Part shown: positions 1-11,281 of the stretch, piece by piece
How positions within the stretch are numbered: the first letter of the stretch is position 1
Layout of the letters: each line of letters starts with the position of its first letter
Assembly (NCBI RefSeq): GCF_000150275.1
Contig: NW_002060943.1
Location: 1,090,731 to 1,154,730 of the forward strand
Source of the DNA: Trichoplax adhaerens
Taxonomy: Eukaryota; Animalia; Placozoa
Direction of reading: 5' to 3'
DNA: 64,000 nucleotides
Translations under genes and position numbers: made by a program
Notes under the pieces: generated by a model
What the model was told of the DNA's origin: nothing
The model's database searches: none
Seen by the model: only the letters and a program-made list of their open reading frames with translations

Positions 1-74
1 GATATTACAATATCTTTCTGATCGATATCGAATGTGCAGAATTATTATTTTCGATATCAAAAATATGACTGCTG

Positions 75-632
75 GAAATTAGCTTCATACCAGTCAACGA
101 GCGGATTAAAAAATGTTCTTATACTTACATACAGTATAACATACTATGAAGTTTTGGCTACTTTAGAATTCGGTATCTGTTGCTTATGAGCATGTATTAT
201 CTCGCCATGATCCAGTTGTGGTTAAGATTAAAATACGTTCTCAAGCGCATATTTGCATACAGCATAATATACCATGAAGTTCTGGCTACTTTAAAATTAA
301 TCTAGTACCTGCTGCTTATATAATGTACATGTATCATCTCGCAATGATCTTGTCATGGTGGAGGTTATAATATATTCTTACGTGTATACTAACATGCAGT
401 ATAATATACAATGAAGTTCTATCTATATTAGAATTAACCCAGTACCTACTACCTGCAACACTGCTTATGAATGTAACGTCTCGCAATGATCTTGGAACGA
501 TGGAGATTAATATATGTTCTCAGGCGAATACTTACATGTAGCATAATTTACTATGAAGTTTTAGCTACATTAGAATTTAATCCAGTACCTACAGCTTGTG
601 AATTTATCATCTCGCAATGATCTTGTCATTCA
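75..632. repeat. Diverged tandem repeat, about 4 copies of a 130-140 bp unit, probably intronic
   Basis: The blocks tacttacat..cagtataa..tac(t/c)atgaagtt..gctac(t/a)ttagaatt and tctcgcaatgatct recur; the latter is at about 201, 338, 480 and 611. Confidence 0.85.
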
Positions 633-864
633 TTACAGAAATATAATAAACGCTAAATTCAGCTGATTGATTATCGCTTTAGTATTGGTTTTTAGGATGT
701 GACCTTTAACTGAATAATCTACGCGTAATTTTATTCTCTTGCAGCTACTTTACGGCAAAATTGATACAGTAGACATAAAATATTGTTGAAAATATTAGCA
801 TTACCAGATGTTAAAAGCTCATGATTTAGCTTAATCTCACATTCCTGGCTGTATTAACTTTTAG

Positions 865-3800
865 CTCCTCCGTCATCACCAACGAATGTCACCATTGCAA
901 TGGTTGCTTTTACTTCCTTAACTTTAACGTGGTCGGTAGGACATAATGGTGGATATACACAATTGATCCAGTTGTGGTATAAAAAGGTCGAATGGTTAGA
1001 TAGCAATTGGTTATTGGTTGCCCAATTGAATAGCAGTGTCAATACGTATACATATGATCAATTAACACCTAGCCTGAGGTATCAATTTCGTCTAAGGGGA
1101 CAAAATCGATTAGGTACAAGTCCATGGAGTTCATTAGTATGGACGAAAATGCAGGGATATCTCAATAATACTGGTATGTAAGCGTTAATGGTATCTCCTA
1201 ATAAATTCAATCTAGGACTAGCTTTCAACAGTCGATAGTACTTGATATTAATACTACTAATAATATTCAATTTGATAAAAATGATCTGATACTTAAGTAA
1301 GTATAATTTATAGATGAATATTTTCCCATTTTCATTGTACTCGTATCTATCTTCAGCCATACCCATTCGATTATTTCTATATTTAAACAGAAACGCATAC
1401 AGACCATTCTACTTGCAACTAAACATATTTTTAATTCCTTTTAGATGAGCCCAATCCACCTACAGGAGTCCACGCAGTAAATGGTGCTAACTATATTAGA
1501 GTTATTTGGCAACCAGCTACTTCTCAATCAGTAACTCTATCCCATTACGCTATCCAGATGAGAAGCAATGGGACACTGGAGTGGTATACTGTCAATATTA
1601 CTTCTCACAGCACGGAAACGCAGACTCAATTAACCAATTTAGCGGCCTTTAAAGTTTATACTATCCGAGTTGTAGCTTATGGACAAAACACTGTCCCTAG
1701 TCGACCAAGTGCTAATACCCAGATCTTATATGTTCCAGGTAAATTGATTTATTATAGACATCCAGGTTTTGCGACCAGGAATACAAAATTTATTTCAACT
1801 ACATTTCCATAGCTTGAATAAAGTATTATCATTATTTTTTATCAGTCTTTAATTAATCAGTACTTCATTTAAACAATCTACACTAACTAGATCAAAGCCA
1901 AGTTCCATCATCGGAAAATCACAGTAGAAATCTGGTTCTTGCTTTTCTAGTCGTTGGCTTAACTTTAATTGTTTTGGCCATCATATTCTTTATACATCGA
2001 GAGAAGGTGCAAAAGACCATTAATAGGTTGAAGAAGAATGGTAAGTTCATAATTTCCAATGAATAGTTAACTTTAAAGGGCTGAAATTATTACATGTTAT
2101 ACAGTTATTTCGTACAATCTGGAATAGATAGGTTCAAATTTTATCACATTGACTGATTGAATTATTAACTATCTAATTAGAATATTAATAATAGATTAAG
2201 TTTCTGTCTTCTTTTGCTACTTGACAAATAGCTGATGAATTTAAAGTATTATGACTGCATAACCTTTACATTCAATTTCTTGACTCCGTTGTCATCATAG
2301 GATTTCTTCCTCAAAATAACTCCAATTCACAAAGAAGTAATAGTAGGTGAGTAAGGCAAGATTTCAAATACATTACCATATCTTACTTTACAGGTATTGA
2401 CGATTTGTAGATATTTTCTTCCTTAAACTTTTGTAAAGTTATAGTTATATTAAGAAAAATCTATTAATAGAAACCAGTACCACATGTTATAGCAATGGAT
2501 AAACATACGAGCATATTCCTAATATAAAAGGCTCAATTATTATTCATCCAAGTTGTTTCATCTTCGTTAATAACAAATTTAACGCTTTACCTTTCAGAGT
2601 TATTGATATATTTCATCAGCATCGTTCAGCGAGCTCATCGAACCATTCCAAGAATAAAGGAAAGAAAACATTTGAAGAGAGGCAAGAAGCGAGCGAAACA
2701 AATATCGACGTTGCCATTTCAGATCTTGAAGATTTAAAACAACAGACTATACCAGCTATCGTTATTGGCACGGAAATAGATTCGAATTTAACTGGAATGA
2801 AGAAATTTATGAGCGTTAGCGACGGTACAAAGAATAAGCATGACAAACAAGCTAAAGGAGGCAGTAGTTCAGGAGATGAAAACTCCAGTAAGAATAAAGA
2901 TTTTCGCACGACCAGAGTTATAGTTCGTTCTAAAAAAGAGAAAAAATCTCCTACGGATCGACCCACAACTATTGCTACCTTAGATCGATCATCTAGAGTG
3001 ATGATTCCACCCAATCGATACGATAGTTTAGATAGAGCTAAAAGTATTCAAGATAAAAGATTTTCAACCTTGCCTACAACGCTTAATTTTATGCCTTATG
3101 AAAGTTTTATAAATTACTCACCAAGTAAAGGCAAAGAAGAAGAAAATGAAGAAAAATCAGCTTCAAGATCAACGATTAAAGCCCCAGACCATGAATATGA
3201 ATCAATAAAAAGGGACTCAAGCGTAACTGCTATTTCAAAATATAGCAGTCGAAGTAGCTTACATAATTCTCAAAATTACGCTAAATTGGAAGGAACGGTA
3301 GCTGCTATGATTGATACAACAAGCCGATCATCAGAAGTTACCCATGATAGTTTATCTGCTAGTTTTTATCATACTTTACCATCAGGAATAGATGTACCTC
3401 CAATGGTGAAAAAAATTAGACGATTTTCCGACGATAGCAGCACTAATAGTACAAGTACAAATAGTGCTAGTCTTCCACCACCTATATCATCGTCTATCAA
3501 GTCGTCAAGGCGACGTGATAGTTCTAGTTCAGTTGCTAGCTCGAATATAGCTGGAAATCATCACTACGAGGTAGTCAATAGGCCATTAAAGTATGTCACT
3601 AAACGAGGGCGTGCAAATAAAACTACCTATATTGCAAACAACGACGATCTTTGCAAAGATGAATATGGATATTATCAAATCAAGCCTATTCTTGGCAAAT
3701 TAGATGAGGATATCATTGTTGCTGATCATTATGATAACTCAAGTGGCTATCATTCCAGGGAGCATATTGATAAAACAAGTACTGGTACAACAGAAAGACT

Positions 3801-4359
3801 ACAATATCAGCAAGCTGTAGAAGAATATTTTAGCGTCATTGATGACATAAGCAATACCAGCAATAGCGAAATAGCCGAGCAAGATTCAATTGTAACCAAA
3901 GATACTGCAGATAGCCGATCGAGTACCTCTTATAGCCCATCGATCGAAACAACAGCGGAATCTAACCATGTATCGACAACATCGTTAAGTAGTGTTTCAT
4001 CCAAGGCTGTTTATAGTTATTTTTCACGAAATAATAGCGATACTAAGGAAGAAGTTAATAGCAATCAACATACTCCATCCCAATCTTCAGGTAGCCATGC
4101 TGCCAATTCACCTGATGATATCAAATCAATTACAAGTCAAAAATCCAGTTCTGATGGAGGTAGTGCTACGCTGAAAAAATTTCCCTATAAAGGTATTGTT
4201 GCAAGATTTCGTGATGATGCATCGCAAGATGGTAATAGTTCAGCTAATTCCGATGGAACACTTCGCAGAATTCAAATAGAGGATAAGATCGAGAAATCAA
4301 GTAATAACGCAAAGGTTGAAGGTAAAACTACTCGGATACCGGCCCAATCGTCCATCTAG
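865..4359 (+). CDS. Single-pass cell-surface receptor or adhesion protein (5' part probably outside the window): two fibronectin type III domains, a TM helix and a long Ser-rich cytoplasmic tail
   Basis: Exons about 865-1173, 1445-1738, 1891-2040, 2301-2346 and 2598-4359 with GT-AG junctions. FN3 signatures: PPSSPTNVT..LTWS..LTPSLRYQFRLRGQNRLGTSPWS and PNPPTGV..VIWQP..LAAFKVYTIRVVAYGQ. TM helix: LVLAFLVVGLTLIVLAIIFFI followed by HREK. Confidence 0.85.
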
Positions 4360-5967
4360 CCTGGATGTATTCAGATGAAAAAAACCTGCGTAACATGGAA
4401 AAAGATTTTTACTATAGAAACATTGAGAAGATAAAAGTTCCTAAAATACCAGCTCAATTATCTATTAAATTCAGACATGAACTAATTAAAGTAGTTTCTT
4501 TTTGCTATAATAGTAGGTGGCCCTCTAATAGACGTATTAATGTATCCTACAGTTCTATTGAAAATAACTACTATTTAAATTGTTATGCTTAAAAGAATGC
4601 TAGCGTTTGAAAGCACTTAAAATAGATAATACAGTGCGCAAAAACCTTACTTTGATAATCCTATTTACCTTCTTTTTGTAACCGCAGAATAGAAATGTTG
4701 AAATGGAATCCTTAATGTACCTTATCATTGAAATATTTCATGCTACGTATAATATCAAGTCTCAATCAGTGATATCATGTTGTTGTATGAGCTTCTATTG
4801 TACAATATACATATTACCTGTCTTCTATGATATGTTTTTAACTTATTTTTAAATTGATTGGCAGTTTAATACACCATTTTATTACTCGTGCAAGCAGCTA
4901 TTACAATCCAAATGATATACATGTAATGTACATTTTTTTTCATATCCAAGCCTATATTTATACCATAAATAGAACTAACAACCTTGAGCATAGCGCAAAT
5001 CATCCACTCTAACCGTAAATTGCCTAATTTTAATGGTTAAAACGAGCGACAAATTCTTTAAACGCAAAGAATAGATTACTTGAGAAGGTATTTTAACGCG
5101 ATTCCTTTTTTTATTATAGCATTTACGGATAGGCTGATAATTTAATACTTCTGTTTGTCAAAATAAACCAAAACAATATAATAATAAATTTAAATTTGTT
5201 ATCACCTTTACTTAAATACATTTTTCGAACTTTATGTTGTATTTGTTTTACTAGGCCTGTGGACTACAGTATCGGCTTAGCATGAGTAACTTTGCGTCAA
5301 CATCTTTACCCAACACAGGCATTAATTTATTGATAAAATGCATCGATATAATCATAAAAGTCCTGCATTGATGAAGATGAGTAAAATGATGACACTGTCT
5401 TTATACAATATCATTAGCATCAGTTGCCAAGTAATATCATAGAATTACCATTTTGCTGACACTTTACAAAATCTTTGATGTGATATAACATTGAAATTTC
5501 ATTAATAATCAATATATCATGTATGCGTAGTCTTTTTAGCGTAAAAGGGAGATGCGAGTGTATGTATGTATTGTATCACATACATACAAATTACATCAAA
5601 TAGCATCTGTTCATTACAAGTCGTTAATCTATATTTTAATCGTTATTGTATGCTGAATCAGTGCTGCAAGTTAATTGTTAAAAGCCACCAATGTTAACTA
5701 CGTTATAATTACAGTACGTTGATATGCCACAAAATTACCGAGATCATATCGTATATTAGTTTTGTTGATTTGTTGAAGTGAATGCAATCGCTAGTAATTC
5801 AAAGGAAGTTCCACCATAAATATTGAAATAACTTTACGTAGGCAACAAGACACAATCGATGTGATATTCGAAATGGAATATTTACAAGAGTAAAATGTAT
5901 ACCACAATATCATCTCGATGAAAAATGTTGGGAATAATTTCAAACTTATCAAATAGAATGATCACCT

Positions 5968-7224
5968 TTAAGGGTCAAAAATAAAATCATAATTATACGG
6001 ATTTGGAGAATAACTTTTATGACTTAAACTACTAATTAGACCAATGTGAGAGACAAGATTAGGCAATATTAGAAATTTCTCTAATTTATTCTTTTTAATA
6101 AAGTCATCGATAATAAAATCAATAGGTCGTTCGAGGCTATTATTGGCTAAATAATCGGCTAATAATATGGCTTTATCGAGAGGATAAATTATTGCTGGTG
6201 TACAGCACTCAGGCGCTGGGACCAGGGTATAAAATGAACGACTTAATTTGCGTAATTCGATCAAGTGTTGTCTACCAAGTAAAGCTAAAAACAAGATGGC
6301 ATAACACAATACTATAATGAAAATGAGCCAAGATAGAAATATACGCCGATATCCCCTTAAAAATATATTTTTCCAGGATAGAATATTCCAAACGATGGCA
6401 AAAACAGTAGCCAATTGACCAGATGTTATGATTAATTCAGGTACTTCTGGATTACCCCAACCTTGCCATTTTTCAGGATAATATAATTTAATAAAAGCCC
6501 AAGTTGAGCGCGATAGACTGTCAGTAGGTAAAGTCTTGTGAATAATGTAATGTAAATTTTCGATGAAATCGGTAGTTGGCAATGCATCATCTTCCAGTAT
6601 AATAATATAACGTGCGTTAGTTTGGATACATTTTTTTAAGATATAAAGATAATCGACAGATTCTTTGGATGCAGTCCCATCGTTATATTGTTGATTTTTC
6701 GATGATGATCGAGTGACAATTGGCAGATATTTGGATAATTGAACAGCATCACGATTGATTTTAGGAGGACTATTAGCATTATAAATAATTAAGGTAGTCG
6801 ATGTGTCCTTATAAATTTGTGGTATTAATCTAGCAACAACTTGAGTTAAATATTTTGGATTATATTTCCGCCCAGTGGATACTAAACCAAAACAGAATTG
6901 TTGATGAGGTTGATGAAGGCGTTTGTTGAATTCTTCCTTTAATCGATCAGGACCAATATTTTGTATAAATTGTTGTAATTGTTCGTTAGCTTTATGAGCT
7001 CTTGCTTCATTTTGATGTAATTTCTTATTAATATAATTATTCAATTCATGCTTTTTATAATAATAAGAAAATGATAAATTACGACACGTTAAAGGCATAA
7101 TGACGAGGAACGTTACAAAAAAGACTAGGCTTGCAATGGCCAAAACCGATATCATATACCGTCGTAAAGCATAAGTTTGCTGTGTCGAGCTAACCATATT
7201 GGGATAATAATGGCTTGAATTCAT
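5968..7224 (-). CDS. PGAP4: GPI-N-acetylgalactosamine transferase PGAP4 (TMEM246) homolog, intronless CDS
   Basis: 418-aa ORF with an N-terminal TM, a GT-A-like IIILEDDA motif, FIKLYYPEKWQGW, two tandem internal TM helices, LLGRQHLIELRK and PAPECCTPA. This motif order is characteristic of the TMEM246/PGAP4 family. A likely 5'UTR intron acceptor lies at about 7271 on the minus strand. Confidence 0.9.
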   Translation of the reverse strand: MNSSHYYPNMVSSTQQTYALRRYMISVLAIASLVFFVTFLVIMPLTCRNLSFSYYYKKHELNNYINKKLHQNEARAHKANEQLQQFIQNIGPDRLKEEFNKRLHQPHQQFCFGLVSTGRKYNPKYLTQVVARLIPQIYKDTSTTLIIYNANSPPKINRDAVQLSKYLPIVTRSSSKNQQYNDGTASKESVDYLYILKKCIQTNARYIIILEDDALPTTDFIENLHYIIHKTLPTDSLSRSTWAFIKLYYPEKWQGWGNPEVPELIITSGQLATVFAIVWNILSWKNIFLRGYRRIFLSWLIFIIVLCYAILFLALLGRQHLIELRKLSRSFYTLVPAPECCTPAIIYPLDKAILLADYLANNSLERPIDFIIDDFIKKNKLEKFLILPNLVSHIGLISSLSHKSYSPNPYNYDFIFDP

Positions 7225-10200
7225 CGATTAGTGTCTGCTTTGAAGATTGCGGAACGAATTCAAGTTTTGCCTAACCAGAAGAAAAGGATAACACGTTAAT
7301 TTTCTAGCGGATAGTACATTATTTTACACCTACTGGTAGCACCCACGAAATTACTCTATCACCTACATCTATATGCATCCATTCACAGTGTCATGACAGT
7401 GTTATTAATGTTGTTGTTGCATCTTTTCCTGATGCCTATCCCAAATGATTCCTTGTTATTGTAATTAGTGTGTTATCAGATCGTCTGTAGATAGATAGTA
7501 TTTGCTTACTATTGGATTAGAACAATACCGTAGGAACGAAAAAGACGCTTTCAATACTTTATGGAGTGACAAAATTACATTACTAGCCAACAAAGTAATA
7601 GAAATGTAATTTAATAGTGAGTTTACTTTCACAACTTTTGGAGGAATATTCTCGTTATGAATGAGAAGAATGGATAGACTTTTGGATTTATAATCATACA
7701 ATAGAAGTAATTTCTTCAAGACTGGATGAGAGTCTAAAATATGTTATAAATTAGAAATACACCGTTTGTTGGTACAATAGGAATATTTAATTTAAAAGAT
7801 TCTATTGACTATTTCATACGCCATCAATATAATCGTCTAGAATACAGTACATAATTAAGTTCTTCGATGAAACTGCAGTCTACCATTTGTAATCATGATT
7901 GAAATCCATCATTAAATCATACTGTATCCTGTACCGATCACAACTGAAATAAAGAAATGACTAAAATCTACTGAAAGATTTTAGTTGACTAAACCACCTA
8001 GACACTACCCTGTAGGATTTACTACACAGTTTCAATCCATTGCAAGGGCTATACTTTACCCAATCCAAGGATCATTGCATATCCATTAATACTCGTAAAT
8101 GATAACGTATGGTATACGACATTTTCAATGACTAAAAAATTGACTTAAATTAGTCGAAAAGATTGTTATACTCTGATTGTTATTCAATTTTACCCAACGC
8201 TTCTATTTCTTATTGAAGGCAGACTAGCATCTTAATGATAGAGGATTCTTCTGACTTTAATGTACAACAGACTACAAGTGCCTAAGATCAACTCATCCAA
8301 GAGTCGATTTTCTCTTCTTGTTCGTTCCATTCAAGACAATAACCATGAATTGAATATATAAATATAGTAATTACTAATTAAAATGGCTACCTATCCTTCA
8401 AAGTAATATAAACATAGAAGTACATTCTGCCAACGGATTGATACGCAATAACTGAATAAAAGGTGAATTTACGACATTTCAACATCCAAACCATGAGTTT
8501 AATCTGCTTACCGGACTTTCAAATAGCGTTGTAGAATAATTATAATGAATTTGTGTTATTCCAACTTGCTCATCGATCAAAATGCAAACAACTGGCGTTG
8601 ATAATGTCAAGCATATCATCAGTTATAGCTTGGATAGCACAATGATTACTTTCATTTTAATGTCATGCAACCGATCTATTGGAAGGAAAGGTTCAAATCC
8701 AACTGATTAATAGGCTTGGATGGATTGCCTACTGTGATCAGGCACGTTTCTTGATGAGATTTTGCAGTCTTTGGGAAAGTATCTGCTAGGAATCTGCGAG
8801 AGCAAGCTCTATACTAGTCTATACAGTATACGTACTGTATACGTACTGTACTATACAAGCTAGATGAAAACATGTCCGTCCAGGTCCATTCCGTTGTGTT
8901 GGCGAGAGCTTCCTTGGGAGCTCCCATCGTATGGACTGGAATGATGTCATGATTAATTCTGCCGCATTAAAATGAACTTACTCACTCTCTCTCTATCGAA
9001 CTAGAGAGAAAACTGATCTACAAGGCAAAAAATTTTAGATAGAAGAGGAGTATTTAGTAGTCACTGGTATGACCGGGGAGCTTGTTAATCAAGGGGTTTG
9101 AAAGAGATACTGCAGAACCTTATTCGGAGATTTGTAGCATACAGTTTCTGCACTTAGGGTAACAGTCGGGATGCATCTCGTGATTTATAATATGCTTTTA
9201 TGGTCTCATTTTGAAATACTGAGATGTAGCATGCTATGGCTGAAGTTTCTGGTAAACCTATCGAAATTACCGTAGGTACAATCCTTTATGATAGTAAATT
9301 GTTGTCTTTTGTCTGTTAGTTAAGCTGTGTTATATCCGCGTATATTGAGTACGAGTAACAAATTACTTCACTTACTGAATTTCGTTGTTTCTTTCTTAAC
9401 TGTAAATAAATCACAGTATTTTTGACTCATATGGTGCTGTTAACGGTTTCCAGTGTAGAATAAACTTAGAGATCTAATTGGAAGTATACTAATCGCTGTA
9501 GCCTATAAAATGCGATAACGTCCTCCACAGCTTTGTGCTTGGTACCTTTGCTGCAAGTTAATAACATTGACGTGGTATGTATTAGAATAGCAAACGTAAA
9601 TCGAAGCTTTAGCCTATAATAAATAATTAAATTAGACTATATCTTGCAATCGTAATTTGCAGCTGCTCATACTCTAGAAGTACTCTGCCATGCTTTCTAC
9701 AGCAATTAAGTCCAGACAGTTAACTACGGTATAACCAAATCTCTATACATCAAAATTGCAGCCCCTTGAATCAAGAAAGCAGATCTTGTGGTGATTGTAA
9801 TTGGCCAACATATAGTGTCGGAGCTAAGTTAGCTAAGTGAGCTATAAACACTTATTAAGACCCAAACTTCATTATGCTGGTAATAATTAGCACAGGATAG
9901 AGCTTTGGGCCTATAATTATAATGTGAGAATTGTAATTTGATACTAGCTATGCAATAAGGATATTCAGTATCTTGGTGGTTCATGCCTGCCAAATTATCG
10001 TAATACAGTGTCTAAATAGCACTTGATAACTATACTGTAGTCTTTTTTTGCTACTGCTTAGGTTGAGTGGGTTATGAAGAAGTGAGAAGAAGCAACTCGT
10101 CGTTTGGGATTGAACAAATAGGGGGATGTTTCTTGAACCCAGAAATGGACCAGAACTGCTTCATGCTCTTTCTAACTTATATACTCAATATTTTAATTAC

Positions 10201-10347
10201 ATTCACGCTGCACTAAGGACTAGCAGTATAGTATACAGGACTAGGAATTATTGAAGAGTCTCTAAACTGACTGTGGCCAAACGAGTAACAAGTAACGAGC
10301 TAATGAACAGCTCTAGCTAACACCAGGAAAATGAGGGAATCTTTCTC

Positions 10348-10361
10348 GTTACCATGGAAAC
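10348..10361. promoter_or_regulatory. RFX X-box (GTTACCATGGAAAC)
   Basis: Near-perfect match to the palindromic X-box consensus GTTNCCATGGNAAC, about 0.9 kb upstream of the first coding exon of the WD40 gene. Confidence 0.7.
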
Positions 10362-11281
10362 GGTATTGGATATAATTCTCCCACTCCTACAGCAAGCCCC
10401 AAAACATCCATCCGGTAAATGATTAAGACTAAGTACACTGGAGATATTCTACTCTTTTAGCAAATGTATAAAAAAGTACAGGGGCTAGTGATTCTATTTT
10501 ATTATTACTTTCTACGGTGGGAGTACTGCTTGTAACTTATTCTAACGCATTCAGTAGTGCTGTGATCGAACAATATTGTCTACGACTAACATGAGTATTA
10601 CTAGAGTAAACTGTCGAACAATGAGACCAACAGTCTACCATCACATAATTCTATATGTACATTACGCCGATTGACCGATTCTGTTATACAAAACAGAATA
10701 TTTTCTGCACTCGTATAACTACCTTCTAGGCGTGTGCTGACTATTTAAATAGAACATGACCGTAGTTACACTACTAGCGCAACAGTAGTGTACCGGATAT
10801 TCATCCATTACTAATGTAATAGTGCCTCTAGAATAACACGAATAGTATTGACTGCATCACTCAACTACCGATAGAAGTTGAAGGAATGCTGGTCAATCGA
10901 TCATAGGCGTAACGTTGACTAGCCATGAAAAGCTAGATACATAAGTAGATTAGCATATAGACTATATCGACAAGGAGTATTACATTTCTGCATACGTATT
11001 AATGTGAAATTTTAATTTTAATACTTTACCGACATTGTCATAAAAGTAATGCTACCTCCTTCCAATAATACGCTACTATAAACTACACTATTGCAACAAA
11101 AATTGTTGGATACCCATCTACGGTAGTATAAAGCATCTCCAATAAGGACGAATTACCGCAAGAAACAATTCTAACGATTGATTCAATTACGCGCTCTGAG
11201 ATATAGTTTTAAAACAAACTCTAACTTGTATTCCTATTCGTGGATCGAATTTAATATCAGAATTGGAAACTATTGAACATC

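Noticed and set aside
2616-3014. 132-aa minus-strand ORF (also 44932-45189, 50022-50258 and 52705-52962)
   Set aside because: These are antisense shadows of genuine plus-strand coding exons.
9236-9275. Possible first coding exon of the WD40 gene (ATGGCTGAAG...cgtag|gtac)
   Set aside because: Joining this 40-nt exon to the acceptor at 11261 does not give the WD40 reading frame, and an in-frame ATG exists at 11282. Left unresolved.
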